DNA of 64,000 nucleotides from positions 2,604,001 to 2,668,000 of the forward strand of contig JAYWIR010000010.1 in assembly GCA_036172245.1 (NCBI GenBank), in the 5' to 3' direction. A program made the position numbers and the translations under genes. Positions 12,950-26,500 of this stretch are shown here, piece after piece. This stretch comes from Raillietiella orientalis. Its lineage: Eukaryota. How positions within the stretch are numbered: position 1 is the first letter of the stretch; each line of letters starts with the position of its first letter. A model generated the notes under the pieces. It was given only the letters and a program-made list of their open reading frames with translations. It was not told the DNA's origin and ran no database searches.

Positions 12950-15900
12950 TGATATATCTTACGGTATAGCGTGAGATACGTCGTTCGGGCACAATGCGTG
13001 AGTCTGATTCAGTCTGTCTGCGCCCTGGGAACCTCGATTTACCTAGAGATTTCATCACCTTGGGGATCCGAAACGACTCTTTCCTTTGTCTTGCCTCCAA
13101 CTCTGTCACCGATTTTTCAATGGAAAAGTGGGCAAAAGCGAAAAGGGCAGAAGCGATCGGTTCTTCAGATTGTAAGTAAGAAAAGCTACAAAGATGAAGC
13201 GTGCATGGGGGTAAAGGGTCACAAACGGAAAAAAGGGTTGGAATCATCAAGACCTAGAAGTGTGTTATTCATAGTGGGAAGTCATCAACAGACTATTTTC
13301 AGTTACGTTCTGAAGAGTTCTGTTCCTGGCAGACCACGAAACAGTTTGCTTTTCCAACGAAATCTGCATGGGAAGTGATGGTCTCGGCTCCTTTCAAGGC
13401 CACTGGAATCAAACTTTTTTTTTTTTTCAACATCAACAACTGTTTGTGGCTAGAGGGGAAAAGACAGTTCGTTGTGAACTCGACCGTTTCACTGAATATC
13501 GGTCAACTCGTTTCGTTGTAACTCGGGTGAACGAAAACTCAAGTCAAGTGCTTCTACCGTCCAGTCTCATAGCTTGATCGGCTAGAACAATCTCGAAGCT
13601 GAATCTCCTCGAGCAGCATCAATCCCTAAAAAGGTGCAAAAATGCTATAAAGGGTGCCTGAGATAAGAAAAAACACTTGACGGAGGCTGGAAGGGATACA
13701 CTTGATCAAAACTTCGTGTATTCTTTTAAACAGGAAAGGTCTCTTCGAATTTCCTACAAGGCCGCAGTGAATTCTGATAGATCAAATGCCATCATGCTCT
13801 GCAAGACTTTTCCTGGTTTGTCACCCTTTTTTAAACTCTATTTTCGAGTATATCAGATGCACCCATCATCTCTCGAAGTCCAGGTAAATGAAAATAACAA
13901 CAGCTATTTATAATTCCACATACATAACCAAAGACATCTATCAATTGAAGCAACAGTGGTCTGCATTCGAGCCTTTCGATCTCTGATACGAACTTAACTC
14001 TCTGATACGTGTAGGAGCGAGTTTTCTCATCCTAATGGAACGGAGACAATGATGAGCTGAAGAGATGATGCTGAAGAGCTTCCATGTAACTGCTATGAGA
14101 CTCAGAAGGCTTATACACAGAGACAAAACATCCCATAGAGAACGTTCACCAGAGCAGAATTTTTTCACTCACAAATTCACTCTTCAATGTCTTTGATGGT
14201 TTTCGCCATCCCTCAAATCTTTTACAACGATCATGGAGAAAACGATTGCCTCCAGCTATTCATCCAAATCTGGGAAGTCTTACTATTTTGATGACTATTA
14301 TGGAACCTCCTGCAGCCAATTCAATACGCTGCTGCATTCTTTGCATTCCACCTTTGAATCTTAATTACAGCCCTCCTCAGGTCTCTCGGCTCATGTCAAA
14401 ACCTTAACGGCTTCCTTATGTAGGTAGAGCTTTGATACTGGTCAACGCTCACCGGAAGCTTTTCCTGATTTCCTGCCTCGAGGTTGCTCTCTGTTCGGGT
14501 CACTGCTCTTTCGGAGGGTAGAGAAAGCTGTTTTTCCGTCGAGGAAATGTCGCAAATGCCGCCGTCCCAGCGATCATCACAGCACTTTCCCTTTTGATCA
14601 CTTGGAACATTCAGTCCCTATGGGGAGCACGTTTCACTTTCATGACTTCTCAGCATGGAAATGGACCAAAATTCTTTAACTAATCTTTTCAGCACGCTTG
14701 TGAGGCGTGTCTGAGTAGATTCTTCGAATATCGTCCTCAAATCCCTCATTGTAGCAGCTCTTCTCTTTCATTTTCTGTACGGTCTTTTAAAAAATCTTCC
14801 TGTTTTGGCATCCTCTACCATTCTCGGCATTCTTGCCGAAGCCTGCATTGCCAAGTGGAAACTCCCAGCAGAATCGAGTTCCTTCAACAACGTCAAAAAG
14901 GAACCACCTTTCCGAGATATCCAACATCCTCTGTGCCAGATCCACGAACGTAAGACTTTCTCAAACACTGTCTGGTCTCCAAGATTCACGAACTGATTCT
15001 GAAAGACCACAAAAAAGGTATTTGGACAGTTCGCGGTCCTCTTCTCAGCACCCTTCACATCTAGAACTGATGCTGATGAGATGTATCCAATCACGTCTTT
15101 ACTTGTGCAATTCAGCTCCGATTCGTCCCCTCTCCCTCGGTGGCGACAAAGAAACGCAATGGGAACATTTTTCTTGTTTGCTCACGGTCATGAACTTGCT
15201 TACTGAGATTACAGTCGTTGCTTACTGAGATTACAGAGCATTTAGTGGAGTTCATCCCACATCCTAATTGCACCGAGCCTTAAATCTTCCTCAAATTCAA
15301 CATCATGTAGCAGATGAAGAGATGCCTGAGCCTACCAAGAGTAACAGCTTGTGAATACAGCTAACTCCCATACGACTCGTTCAAAGTCAACCCCATCAGG
15401 AGTCACATCTGCATAGCAAAGAGCCGGTGGTCATCCTCTGCGTCCCTGCCTATTCGAAGGCAGCGACCCAAAAGCGTTAGAAGAGGCCACGACGAGGAAG
15501 AGTACGTCCCGGGGAGCGACCCTGACCTCATCTCCAGAGAAGCGACCGCCTTCACCACGAGTGATGTGTCCTCCTGGTGATGGGATCCCCTTGCGTACGA
15601 GTTCCAGGAAAACAACGAGGTCCTCAAGAAGCTCAAGGCCTCACACAGCAGAGCTGAACACTTAAAAAAGGAGATCGTGTTCAGCAATAGCCGGGAGATT
15701 CGCTGGAAATACCGAATAGACCACAGTAACGATCCTACAAAAGACCAACAGGAACGAACACAGGAGGAGGTGAAGCTTGGAAAATGGGGAAGTTTCCGCG
15801 TCCCGGGCATCCACTTCGCCACCAAAAACGGATGTTTCCCTCTGCATGACTTTGTAGGCTTCATGGAAAACTTAGCTTGATGACTCACGGCTGGATGATC

Positions 15901-16200
15901 TGATGCCCTCTGGGATTGTGCCTGACGGGGGAACCTGCAACCTACATGAGATCTAGATACGTACAGGAGTTTCTTTGGTGGATGACCGTTGCTTCTCGAG
16001 GGGATCCTCGTACAAGTATGAGGTGAGAGCACCGCTTCATGAAACTGTGGTGGTGGCGGAGGTGATTTTCAGAGTACATTTAAAAGCTGTAAAACCTATT
16101 ATTTGGTACAGCTACGAGGAAGAAGGGGCAGTGGCAGTCGGGCAGATCCTTGGGGGGAGGGGGAGGGGGGAGGAACTTTATTCCTAGATGGGTTTTGGAT
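12950..16200 (+). mobile_element. Heavily decayed LINE (ORF1/ORF2 relic); boundaries approximate
   Basis: Knuckle-like ACMGVKGHKRKK near 13200; RT-like FRDIQHPLCQIHERKTFS near 14910; GHPLRPCLF at 15429-15455 (resembles QGCPLSPxLF); many stops and frameshifts. Confidence 0.45.
15196..15236. repeat. Local tandem duplication of TTGCTTACTGAGATTACAG (19 bp x2, 3-bp gap)
   Basis: Exact copies at 15196-15214 and 15218-15236. Confidence 0.9.
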
Positions 16201-16461
16201 GCCCTGTATAAGTAGAACGGGTCTTCCTGTGATGTCCCACTCCGGTCTAGCTCCGGTCTAGTCTTTCGATTTCGCCCTTCTCCGGCCTCTGAGTTGAACC
16301 CTGCCTCTGGCTGATGTGTCGAAGAGGCAAAGGATGGCAGCACCAACGCTGACTCTGTTCTCTTCCAAAGGGTCAGTGCCGCTGCCATCGACGAGTCGCG
16401 ATTAGCAGGGTTGCCACAGGAAGTCCCCTCGTTAAGATCATGTTCTCAAGTTCTTTGCTGT

Positions 16462-16581
16462 TTCTCGCCCGGGTGCGCCGGGGCGTTTCTTGCTAAACTA
16501 TCCAGGAACAGAGTTCCCGGACAAAGGACACAGAAGAAACGAAGGGGGGGAATCCCCGACACGCAGGTCGGTAAACCGAAA
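16462..16581 (-). mobile_element. 120-bp retroposed copy of the 3' terminus of the 11290-11909 LINE family
   Basis: Aligns to about 11290-11407 with 8 substitutions and one indel; flanked by a perfect 14-bp duplication AAGTTCTTTGCTGT at 16448-16461 and 16582-16595. Confidence 0.88.
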
Positions 16582-17299
16582 AAGTTCTTTGCTGTAACAG
16601 AAGCGTTCTGCCCGATCTGCTCATTCGCGAAGCGCTGATGCCCACTGGTGTGGATATCTTTTGCGATTAGGTCGAACAAGAAAGCAAGTCTACCAAAAAA
16701 TAAGGAAATTTCATTTCTCTTTTTCGTTGCTATGAGAATCTGCGCTAAGCTGTTTTGTTGAGTTGAGGAGTACTTCTTGCATGCAGAACACTTGTGTGCA
16801 CATCCGTGCACATTTCCACGGTTTACATTTACGTCAGCATAAAAAAAGACGGTTTCGTAGAAAGGTTTTTGTATCTTGGCTAACGAAACAATTGGTTCTA
16901 TAAACCTGGTTGGGACAATCTGCACTTCTTTTTTTTTTTTTTTTTTTTTCCATCCCATTTTAATGACTTCTTGCAAATGACACATTCCTTTATGATGATA
17001 AATCTTGGCAGTAGATTTTGCGATGACACGGTGAGCGGCGACGAAACAATTCGAAGACCGGGAGGTCCAATGAGGTTCGGCCTGCAAGTCACGTGACTTC
17101 CCGCGTGGAAACAAAACAAAGTACTCGAAGAAATGTTAAAAGTCTTCCGGCAACAGTTTCTGCTGAAGAGTTTCTGCACCATAGGTTGTAACAAACATGC
17201 TTCCCCATATTGTGGGTTTTGTAAACCAAATGGCTGGAGTTAAATTTTCTGGAGGAATCGACAAGCAGAACTAGATCTTTGAAATCAGTTAATGGGTGT

Positions 17300-19450
17300 C
17301 AGCTGAAGTGAGTTACGTGCATCCCTTCCTCAAACTTGAGTCCAGTCGGGAACCTTTCAGTGCCATACATGATACGTGGTATCAAAGAAACACCGGAGAT
17401 CAGATAGTTATTAAAATTCAGGAATAGACAAAGACCACAGCGATGTCTTTCGGCTGTTGTTGTCCCTATGAACTTGAAGAACTGCTTTTATTACGGTGAT
17501 CTTGGGGTAGCTTTTTAAGAGAGAAAGCATCGTATTTGTAAAAGCTACATTACCACTAAGGAAGCATTCGAAGCTCATTCTTCATTATCCTCTATCTGCA
17601 TCTTTGTCGTAACTAATTCGTACAACTGTATTCTGCTATTACTGTCTTTTATTGATTTTGTACATTTTTTCTCTAGTAAGGATGACTACGCCGCTATAAT
17701 AAATAAAAATGGATCAAAAAAGAAATCCTGGATAACTAATTGCTCTAATGAGAAGCCGGAAAAGAGACTTGCGCTCCCCTAGGGGTTGTTTTAGTTGTGT
17801 CTTAACACTATACCAGGCAGTTTCTTTCAGAATTCTTTCATTTTTTTCTTTCCGACTGCTTTCCCAAAATTCATCTGAGAAACCTAGCCTACTGAGGAAA
17901 GGTCCATCGTTTCTATAGGAAGCGGATCAGCTCATCCCAGATCTTCTAAGGCACTCCTCGAAAGCAAAAACTCCGCAAGTCCCTTTTCCAGTGAAAACTT
18001 CGAAGAACTGATTCAACTGTCGGAAGGGAACTCTTCCTTCTAATTTTGGGAGCCTCCCCAGTCCCCACGGCCTGTGGGGCACGATGCTTACGTCCGACAT
18101 AGGAAGTAGCATTCCTAAGACGTCTTACTGTAGAATTAATAACAGTCGAAGGGAACTGACTCCGGGACACCCATACGGCCCCATCCTCTGCATTTTCCCA
18201 CAGTTTTCCTAGTTGACGCGTCTTCAGGAGAGCTCCTCCCAAGTGGCTCAGGGGGGGAACAGCCTTCATCTGTGAATGAGATTGCAATGACCTCGACCCC
18301 AGAAACACTAGCCATGGAGATGACTGCGAAAAGAGAAGCACGTCCAACGGAGAGAAGGTTTACTCCTGGAGGCAATTTCGAGAATGGTTGGCAGGAAATC
18401 AGTTCCTCTAATCAGCATTTTTCTCGTTTACCTTTAGGAAAGACCAGCCCCTCCTTGAAGAAAAAAGAAAAGGACCTGCTCCCGAAAATGGAGAGGTCCT
18501 TGATGCCGTGGTTCGTCTTCAAAGCCCCGTTGATGCCACATCCGAGCAATTACTTCAAGATCCACCTATCACAAGCTGCTCGGCCTCTTCCTGACAGCTT
18601 GCGTTCGTTCTGTTTCTTTCATTTGGTTGGCACGCTGCAAGGGGCCCCACTCTCTTGCTCGCCTACCTTCACCTGCTTTCAAAGGACGCACATTCTTTTT
18701 AAAGGAACCAACGATAAAGCATTTTTATCCTCTCCGCGAATCTGTTTTTGATGTAACAATTCGATCCGCCACTCTTTGCCTTCCTTGGTCAAAAGGTATA
18801 TCATTGTGTCTCGGAATATCTTTGAGGTGTGCAAGTGCAATCTCCAAAGCTTTTCATAGTGTATTTGCATGTTTTGAAAACATCCTGGGATAACATTCGC
18901 TCCTCCGCGTACTGAGGTGCCTAAACGTATGCATAAAGTAAGTGCGAAGGGTCAGCTGGAAAGTTATTCAGAAAGAGCTTTTCTCATTACCTTCGCGGAA
19001 GGATTTCAAATTTCTTATCTCAATAACGTTTCGGCTTCCATGGGAGCGAATTTTCAGGAAACAAGGATACGTCTTTCAGATATGATCTCGACGGAGTCGT
19101 TTTTTTGCTATGACGATAGACACAGGCGAGCTGCATAAGTGCACCTTTTCTGCTTTCACTCTCTGCAGTAGTAATCTAGAACACTGGACTTGGAAAGATC
19201 TGGTGCTTCTCATTAAAAACAAGATGTGTGCAAAACAAAAGTCTTCAGTGGAGATTACGGGTTAGCTGGATGCCTTTGTACACAGAACTCATGGCTTTCT
19301 TGACAGACTATCAAATACTGGTGAAATCTTGCTTGCTCAGTAAAACCAGGGAAGAATAGGCTGCTTCAGAGAAGCCAGTTCTGGCATCGAGAAATGTTGA
19401 GCAACAGTAGGGAAGAGGAGACTGAACATGCTTTCGGAGGTGCAATCTCT
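17300..19450 (-). mobile_element. Decayed LINE reverse-transcriptase fragment; boundaries approximate
   Basis: Minus-strand remnants GRAACDRWILK near 18570 (EKAFDRV-like) and GKREKC*L near 18420 (GxRQGCPL-like), in the same order as in the 33839-37400 element. Confidence 0.4.
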
Positions 19451-19599
19451 TCGAGAGCATCAATAAAATGAAATCACCAGCAATTCTGAATTTTCACTCT
19501 GTCCATTCCCTTTCTCTTCGCCTCTGCTACGCTCATGATAAGTTTTTCCAACAGCCGTTACGGATTTCCGCTCAGCAAACTGCAGAAGTCTGATATTAA

Positions 19600-20313
19600 G
19601 CCATGGATACAGGAAAGACGTCTGGGACAAAACAAATGAAAGTTGGTTGTATACTGCTAACCAGAAATCCCTGAGAGCCGTCGCCACTGGACGAGGGGAA
19701 TCCTGGCTCCGGACTGTGCCAGGTGCGATGAGAGGGAAACCACGCCACACCTGCTTTTTGAGTGCGATGCCTTCCAAAGTGTTCGAGGACGTTTGGCTGC
19801 GTCCCTGGACTCACAGAGACAACGCGATAAACCTGCTGAGACGTCTCTTCATTCGCGGCAGAATGTCGCCTGCGGCGTCGATCGCAGTTCCGTGCTGCTT
19901 ACGCGGGGTCGTGGCAATCTAGAATCCACGATGAAACAGAGGCCGGACGACAAGAGGCGCCATCCTGATGGTGGTCTCCTTTTTGGGGAAGACTACGAGA
20001 TGACCGCATCTCGCTCGGCATGAGGAAGGATTCGCCGACATCCTGGAAAGGACGCAGAGAACTCCAGGAGTATATCTGTGCCCCAAATATTCTCAATTAC
20101 AAGTTTTCTTGTTATTTATTTTTTGTTTACCCCTCCCCCCTTATTTTCCCCGTGCAAGCCCCTCGAGGCAATCAGCTTGCGAGCAAGAACTTGGACTCTT
20201 ACCGACGTAGTGGGATTACAATTCCACTACGTTGTTACTGACTGTTTACTTGTAAATATGTACTTTTTTTTTTTTTTTTTACAAGAGACCCCCCTGCGTG
20301 ACCGGGTGAAAAC
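19600..20313 (+). mobile_element. 3' part of a LINE related to the 11290-11909 element
   Basis: PDCARCDERETTPHLLFEC (about 19709-19766) is homologous to PNCKRCREVETLPHLLLDC; after a frameshift HRDNAINLLRRLF resembles HQEDTARDLMCRFF. The 3' UTR shares TTACCGAC and the terminal CAAGA.AC.CCC..GCG...CCGGG...AAAC segment. Confidence 0.8.
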
Positions 20314-23300
20314 TCATTAGCAATAGCAATATCCTAATTTTCAGTGTGGCAGGCAATACCAAATGGCAGGAATCTCGTATTCGGAAATGGCTGAACAAGT
20401 GTAAGAGGAAATTGCAGAGTGTGTAATTGATGTGTAAAACGAAAAAGGTGTTTTCATATTCCATTACTGATGTACACCCGCGTAACCCTCTCTTTCAAAG
20501 ATGTGCAAGAACTCGAAGAGAAGCAGAGCACACGAGCAGCAAGGAGTGCCGAATCTACGAGCAGAAATCCCTTCTCACGGTTTCCTAGCAGCATCGGGGT
20601 TATCTCCCACCATGCGTCTGCTCGCACCTAACATCCTCTCCGCTGACTGTGGCGAGGCGGAGATGGCTTTCAGAATGCTTTCGAACGAACTGCCCACTTT
20701 CACAGTCCGTCCGAGGGAACTGACAACAGTTTCCCTTGCATCACTTTTCAATCCAATCTAATCTAATTCGTTTTTCATCTCCATCGGATTGCTTTTCCTT
20801 ATTTCTCCCTAAGCGGACGATCGTTAGTCACGAAATTGAGTTCCCCAAGAACTCGGTCGTGTTCCAACGAGGAATTCACTTACGTCTGGTGTCGATGAGG
20901 TAGAAAGAGGACAGGCGCTCTCCCGGAGATCGGGTACTCTATGAAAAAAGATTTACGTGTCCCAATTACCGGATCCATTTTTGATACGACCACAGGCGTG
21001 CCTGAAGTTTGCTCCCCGCTTGAGGAGGAAGAGTGCAGAATGGAAAGAGGAGAATTTAATTGCACGTGGTTTGATAAGACAAAACTTAGGAAATGTTTCA
21101 TGAAACCGTTTGAGGGACACTTATGATGGACGAGGTTCTGCCAGCACGAACTTGTGCCTTACAGATTAAAGCACATCTTCAATTCCCTCTCGAAGATATA
21201 AATTGCTTGTGTCAGATCTGAGAGACAACGCCGTCTGATAAAAACTCAAGTTATAAGAGCGAAGAGGCTAATTATAGGATTGTAGCTTAATTGAACTGTC
21301 ACCTAAGGTTAAGAGGACTAATGAGGCTTCCGAGAGTGCAATTCATATGAAGATTTATTCACACGTCTTCATGTGTTGGACGACGATCAATTTGCTGGAA
21401 TAAGCATAGGGCTGAAAGAAATCTTTAAAGTAGCTCCAATCTTTGGAGATGGTTGCACCTGAGCAACCGCTTGATTTAATTGGAAAGCAGATAATATAAA
21501 ACAATTCTGTGGAAAACAGGTGGTCGAAAAAATTACTGGGCGGTACGTCATAGTGGATCGGAATGAGAGAACAGCCGGAAGAGCAACTGCGCCGCAGCAT
21601 CTTTCAGACCGAAGGCTGGGACGAAATGCGGGAGCCGCACGCCACGACCGCCTCAACGTGACCCAGACTGGCGGTCTCCTCTCCAACGACCTCCTCACCG
21701 ATGACCAAATGTCACGGTGTTTTAGGTGTAAATTCGTTCGAAACTTCTTTCGTTCTGCTCTTACACATGTCGGAAAGTGAACGCTCCCCTCGACTAAAAA
21801 TGTTCGTTTCCGCTTCCTGATTTCCCTTTGAAAAGCAAAGGGAAATTAGGTATTTGCTAGGTTCTTATCAAGAAACTAAGACTATTTCAAGAGACAAAAA
21901 AAAATCTTCTGGATTTACAAGGCTCGAATGTGCATGTACCGACAACCATGAGTGACACGTGCAGTTGGATGTTAAACACACAAGGAATTTCTCAATGCTC
22001 AGTTCACGCTGTCTTTCCGTTTGAAGGCATGCAGCCTACGTCATGACCTTCATTTCAGAAACTGTTCTGGAAGACAGAAAAATTATCTCGCAATTATCCA
22101 ATTAGATACGGGGAACCACACCGCACCGATCTCATGGATGTGCTCACAGTTTACGATTTTCCAGTTTCGCGCTCTGGCGATATTCCAACTATTCCCGATA
22201 AACACTGCAGTTTTCGAAATGAAAACACGGCACAATCGTGGTCACTCGAAATTTTGGTGAGCACCCTTCCGATTCCAGGCGGATGAAATCTCCGGCTGGG
22301 AGGGGAAGGGAGAACGGTAGCCGCAGGACTCTCCGCGGTCTCTTCCGGGGATCCACCTGGCGGCGGAAAACGGAACTGATTTCCCCCATCCCTGCGCGGA
22401 GCGCGCGCCCACGCTTTGACCTCAGCCAAATAAGGGCGAGGAGTCTTCTTCCGGTTACGTCGATGTGAGCTGACGACAAAACTGCACTTTTTTTTTTTTC
22501 CTGATAATTCTGGGAAGTAGATTAATTAAGCCAATGAACATACACCAACCTAATCACGGATTCGGAAAAGGTGGCGACGGTACCAAATCAACCACCTCGC
22601 CCAAAGTATGGGACAATGCAAAATCATGAACGAATCGGAAAGCGACTTCCAACGTAACGTACACTACCAACGGAAAAAAGGTGCGAAATGAACAAAATAA
22701 CAAATGCTTGGCAGTTTCTGGGGTCCCACGGAAATAAATAAATATGGACACGATAAGCGCGTACGCCCTGTACTAACATAATAGTTATAATCAAAGCCGA
22801 GAATTTTGTCGAAACAAAAAAAAAAAAAAAACCTGACCATATACATTGCTTTCGGAAAATGGTGACATTTTATGAAACTGACGAAACTTTAAACGTGTCA
22901 GGTTTATCGTGTTTTGCTATCAAAATCGAAATGCTTTCAATCAACTATTGGTACGTCAATTGTGACAAATCATACAGACATTTACCCAAATATGGCTTAT
23001 CTCATTAACCTTGGGGATCTGCAATAAATCGGACAAAAACATGCAATCAACCAAATTAAACAATTTAAAGAATCAAAATATGGAAATTGGATACATTCAG
23101 ATGCTTTATTGGCTGTGCCAGCAAAATTCCAAATTACAGTCAGGGATTCAAATGCATCAACTTGAATTCTGAACATGATTATATTATTATGGAAATAACT
23201 ATCATGGCATAATTGGTTAAGTAACCAAGACGTTAAGACACTACTGCTTATTCACCACTGCAAAATAAAATTTCAGCTACCCTTGGAATGGTTCTTTTTG

Positions 23301-23547
23301 ATTGAATCCAAATTTAATGATATCTCATCTTCAGTACATACATAGTTCATGCTTTATTCTTTTTCTTATTCTTTTTTTTTTCCAAAAATACATTAAAAAT
23401 ATGTGATATAGTCTAGAAATGTTTTGAAAATCTTCATCAATTAAGTATATTCTGACTTGTATTGTACACAAACTAACACTGTAAACAAATATGAAAAACA
23501 TAAATTGCAAATCATTTTATTTTTCCAAGAAATTTTGCTAATCACAG

Positions 23548-26500
23548 TCACATGATGGTGCACAATCCTGATAGCTCTTTACCACGGAGTTTGGGAGGCA
23601 ATTCTGTAAGTTTTCTTCCTACAAGACGGGGTTTTGTAAGAGGATCAATGGGTCGGACAGTAATGGGCTTATCGAGATCCATTGTATTACTCTCTGGTAA
23701 AGATGAAGAACTGGACAAAGAACTTCCTTGTTCAGAACGCACCTTTATTGGTACTGCCAAATTGATTCTAATCTTTGTATTCTTGGAAAAAGCATCACAT
23801 GGACTAGGTGGTTCCAGTTCCACATTCCCATCAATACCACTTGAGACTATACGTTTTGTGGTGTCAGGAACCAATTCTGACAACTTAAACAAAGATGTTT
23901 CCTTATTTGGATCACTACACACACTAGTTTCTTTTTGCTGGGTAGTTGGTGAAATACCTGCTTCCATGGTACCCTCCTGGACAACATCCACAGAAAGTTT
24001 ATCATCTGAAGGTTTCTGGTCATTGCACTCCAAGGGAACAGTCTGGACAATCACTGAATCCCTAACACTAGCTGTACACACATCACTCATTAGTTCATCA
24101 CTCTGTACACAACTGACAACTACACTAGCTACATTTTCTTGATTTTTTGGAATGTGATGTTCAGATGGACTTGATGGCTTTAATGGTTCTCCCTGATCAA
24201 TGTTGTCATGCTGTTCTACATTTGGATCTGCACATTCTGAAGTTTCCAAAACAGGTTCAGAGCCTCCTAATGCAGAATTCAAAGGTGGCTGAAATCCTTC
24301 TGTGGTGGAATCTCCATAAGACAAAGGAGCTGCTTTGGCCAAATCACAAACTTTGGATTCTGTACATTCCTGCTGACTCCCACTGTTGGCTGTGTTCAAT
24401 TCTGCTGAGTCATCAGGCGATGAAACTTCTGGGGAACCTTTTGGCACTTCACACTCTAACACAGATTCTTCTTTCACAGAACTCATAACAAGCTGACTTT
24501 CATCATTACTAGCAGGAATTATCTCATCAGAAACAGATGCTGTTTGTGATTGCACTTCCATATTTTCTGTGGAATCACTTATGTTTGAAAACACTAAATC
24601 TAAGCCAGGAGGGCAATCTGGCATGGGCTTTATGGAGGCTTCTTGTTCTGCACTTTCTCCTGGTGGCATATCTTGAATACCACTTGCCAAGGAGGCTTGA
24701 TAGTCTTCAAAGCATGCAGGATGATAAGTATGACCATCAACACGCACAGTATCTCGCAAATGCCATTCTTCCAAATCTCGATGATAAAATTGTTCAAATG
24801 GCTCATAACATACAGCACACCGGTTTTCTTCCTCACTCTCACCAACATGTACTGAACTTGGTAATGAAGGTGTTTCCATATCTTGATCAACAGCTTCTTG
24901 CTGTTGTTCAAACCAGGAACGTGCACGCTCCTCAAGATCCTCGATCTCTTCGTATTGAATCCAGTCAGATACAGCATAAAACCAGCGCCGAGACTGCACC
25001 CTTCGAGCAGTGTCCTTCTCACGCTTATTCTTTCGGAAGTGCCAGTCTAAGTGAGGTCCATAGAGTTCTGCTTGTTCTGTGGGGAAACGAATGCCACAAG
25101 CAGAACATTGGATACCTCGATACAGGGATTTAATGCAAGCCAAGCTGCGTCTAAATAAACATGATATGCTACAAAGTTCACTACGTGTGTTACTTACGTT
25201 TTAAAGCGCTCTGACGAAAAATCTATTTCATTCATTGATTGCTCATCCTCTTCTGCAGATGGAGTCTCTTTCTGGGTTGATGGCAGCAGTCCAGCAGCAA
25301 CTAGACGGTTGTAAAGTTCAGCAATATTGGTTGGTGCTGATACTGGAGATGTAACATTAACACCATTAGTATGATATTCTGTTAAAGCAGGAACATCTGG
25401 GCCACGCACTGGAGGCAACAGACTAGACAATAAATCAAATGATGCAAGAGTAGGAGACACTTGTCCTCTTGGATGTCTACGTGTCTCTCTCTCATATGGA
25501 GGAGGAGCACGTGTACCCATGATAGGAAGAGCTGGCTCATAAGAAGGCCTGCTATCCTCAGATGGGCGACATAAGTCTTCATGCCGATATACAGGACGAG
25601 CCCTCAGTACAGCTGATGCAGAAAGCATACTTTTAAGGCGAACCTGGCCAGGAACTACATCCCTTGGAAGTGGAGGAAAGCGCACTGTGTGTGGCTGCCC
25701 ATCTAATTCAACAGGAAGAGCAGGCCCACCAAATTGAATTCCAAAATACGGACGATCATTTAAAATCAGAGTTTGTAATGCATCAGCAAACTGGAGAACT
25801 ACAGGAGCAGTCCCCAGCTCAAATCGCTGAGCCTGAGCATCCAAAAAAACAGGAACAGCCCATTTTTCATCTACCAACATTTGCATACGCGCTATCACAA
25901 GATCAGAACGGCGTGTTTCACCAATGCGAACAATTGGTGGTGGACCTTCAAGTCGAGCCGCCCTCTGTTTGCCACCCACAGTGACACGAACTGCATCCCC
26001 ACCAAAGAAACACTCATATCCCGTGCCATCAATGCACAATTCACGAGTAGGAACACCCAACCGCAGCTGATGGATGCGACCATCAATGTTATATTCACGA
26101 TATGCATCATTCAGTGCACAAGGGCAATGGAAACGCTCATCAATTATCACAGTCCTTACACCATCTTCAAAAGTAAGGTCCCGTGGATCATCCCAATCAA
26201 GGAAGACAATTGCAGCATCTCCGTAGAATCTCACAACACGAGCTACTCCATCAATTTGTAGTTGTTTCTCTTGATCAAATGACACAAGAGGAGAAGGAGC
26301 ACGCCCATGAGCAAGAGCCAAAAGTGTTCCATCCAATGTGGATGCTTCTCCAGGAGGTACAGCCAATGTCCAATCATTACCATGGTGGAATTGTGCCTGC
26401 AACTGCTGAACCTCACGAAGGTGTTGCAACTGCTCCAGTTGGGCCACTTGTTGCAACAGCATATCATACTGCTCCAAAGAAAGCATGCGTGCAGCAACTT

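Noticed and set aside
15196..15236. CRISPR-like repeat
   Set aside because: Only two 19-bp units with a 3-bp gap, eukaryotic context, no cas genes.
11290..16581. Two direct repeats of about 120 bp as LTRs (or one giant target duplication) of a single 5.3-kb element
   Set aside because: Each copy has its own duplication, there are no TG...CA ends, and most of the intervening relic is on the opposite strand.
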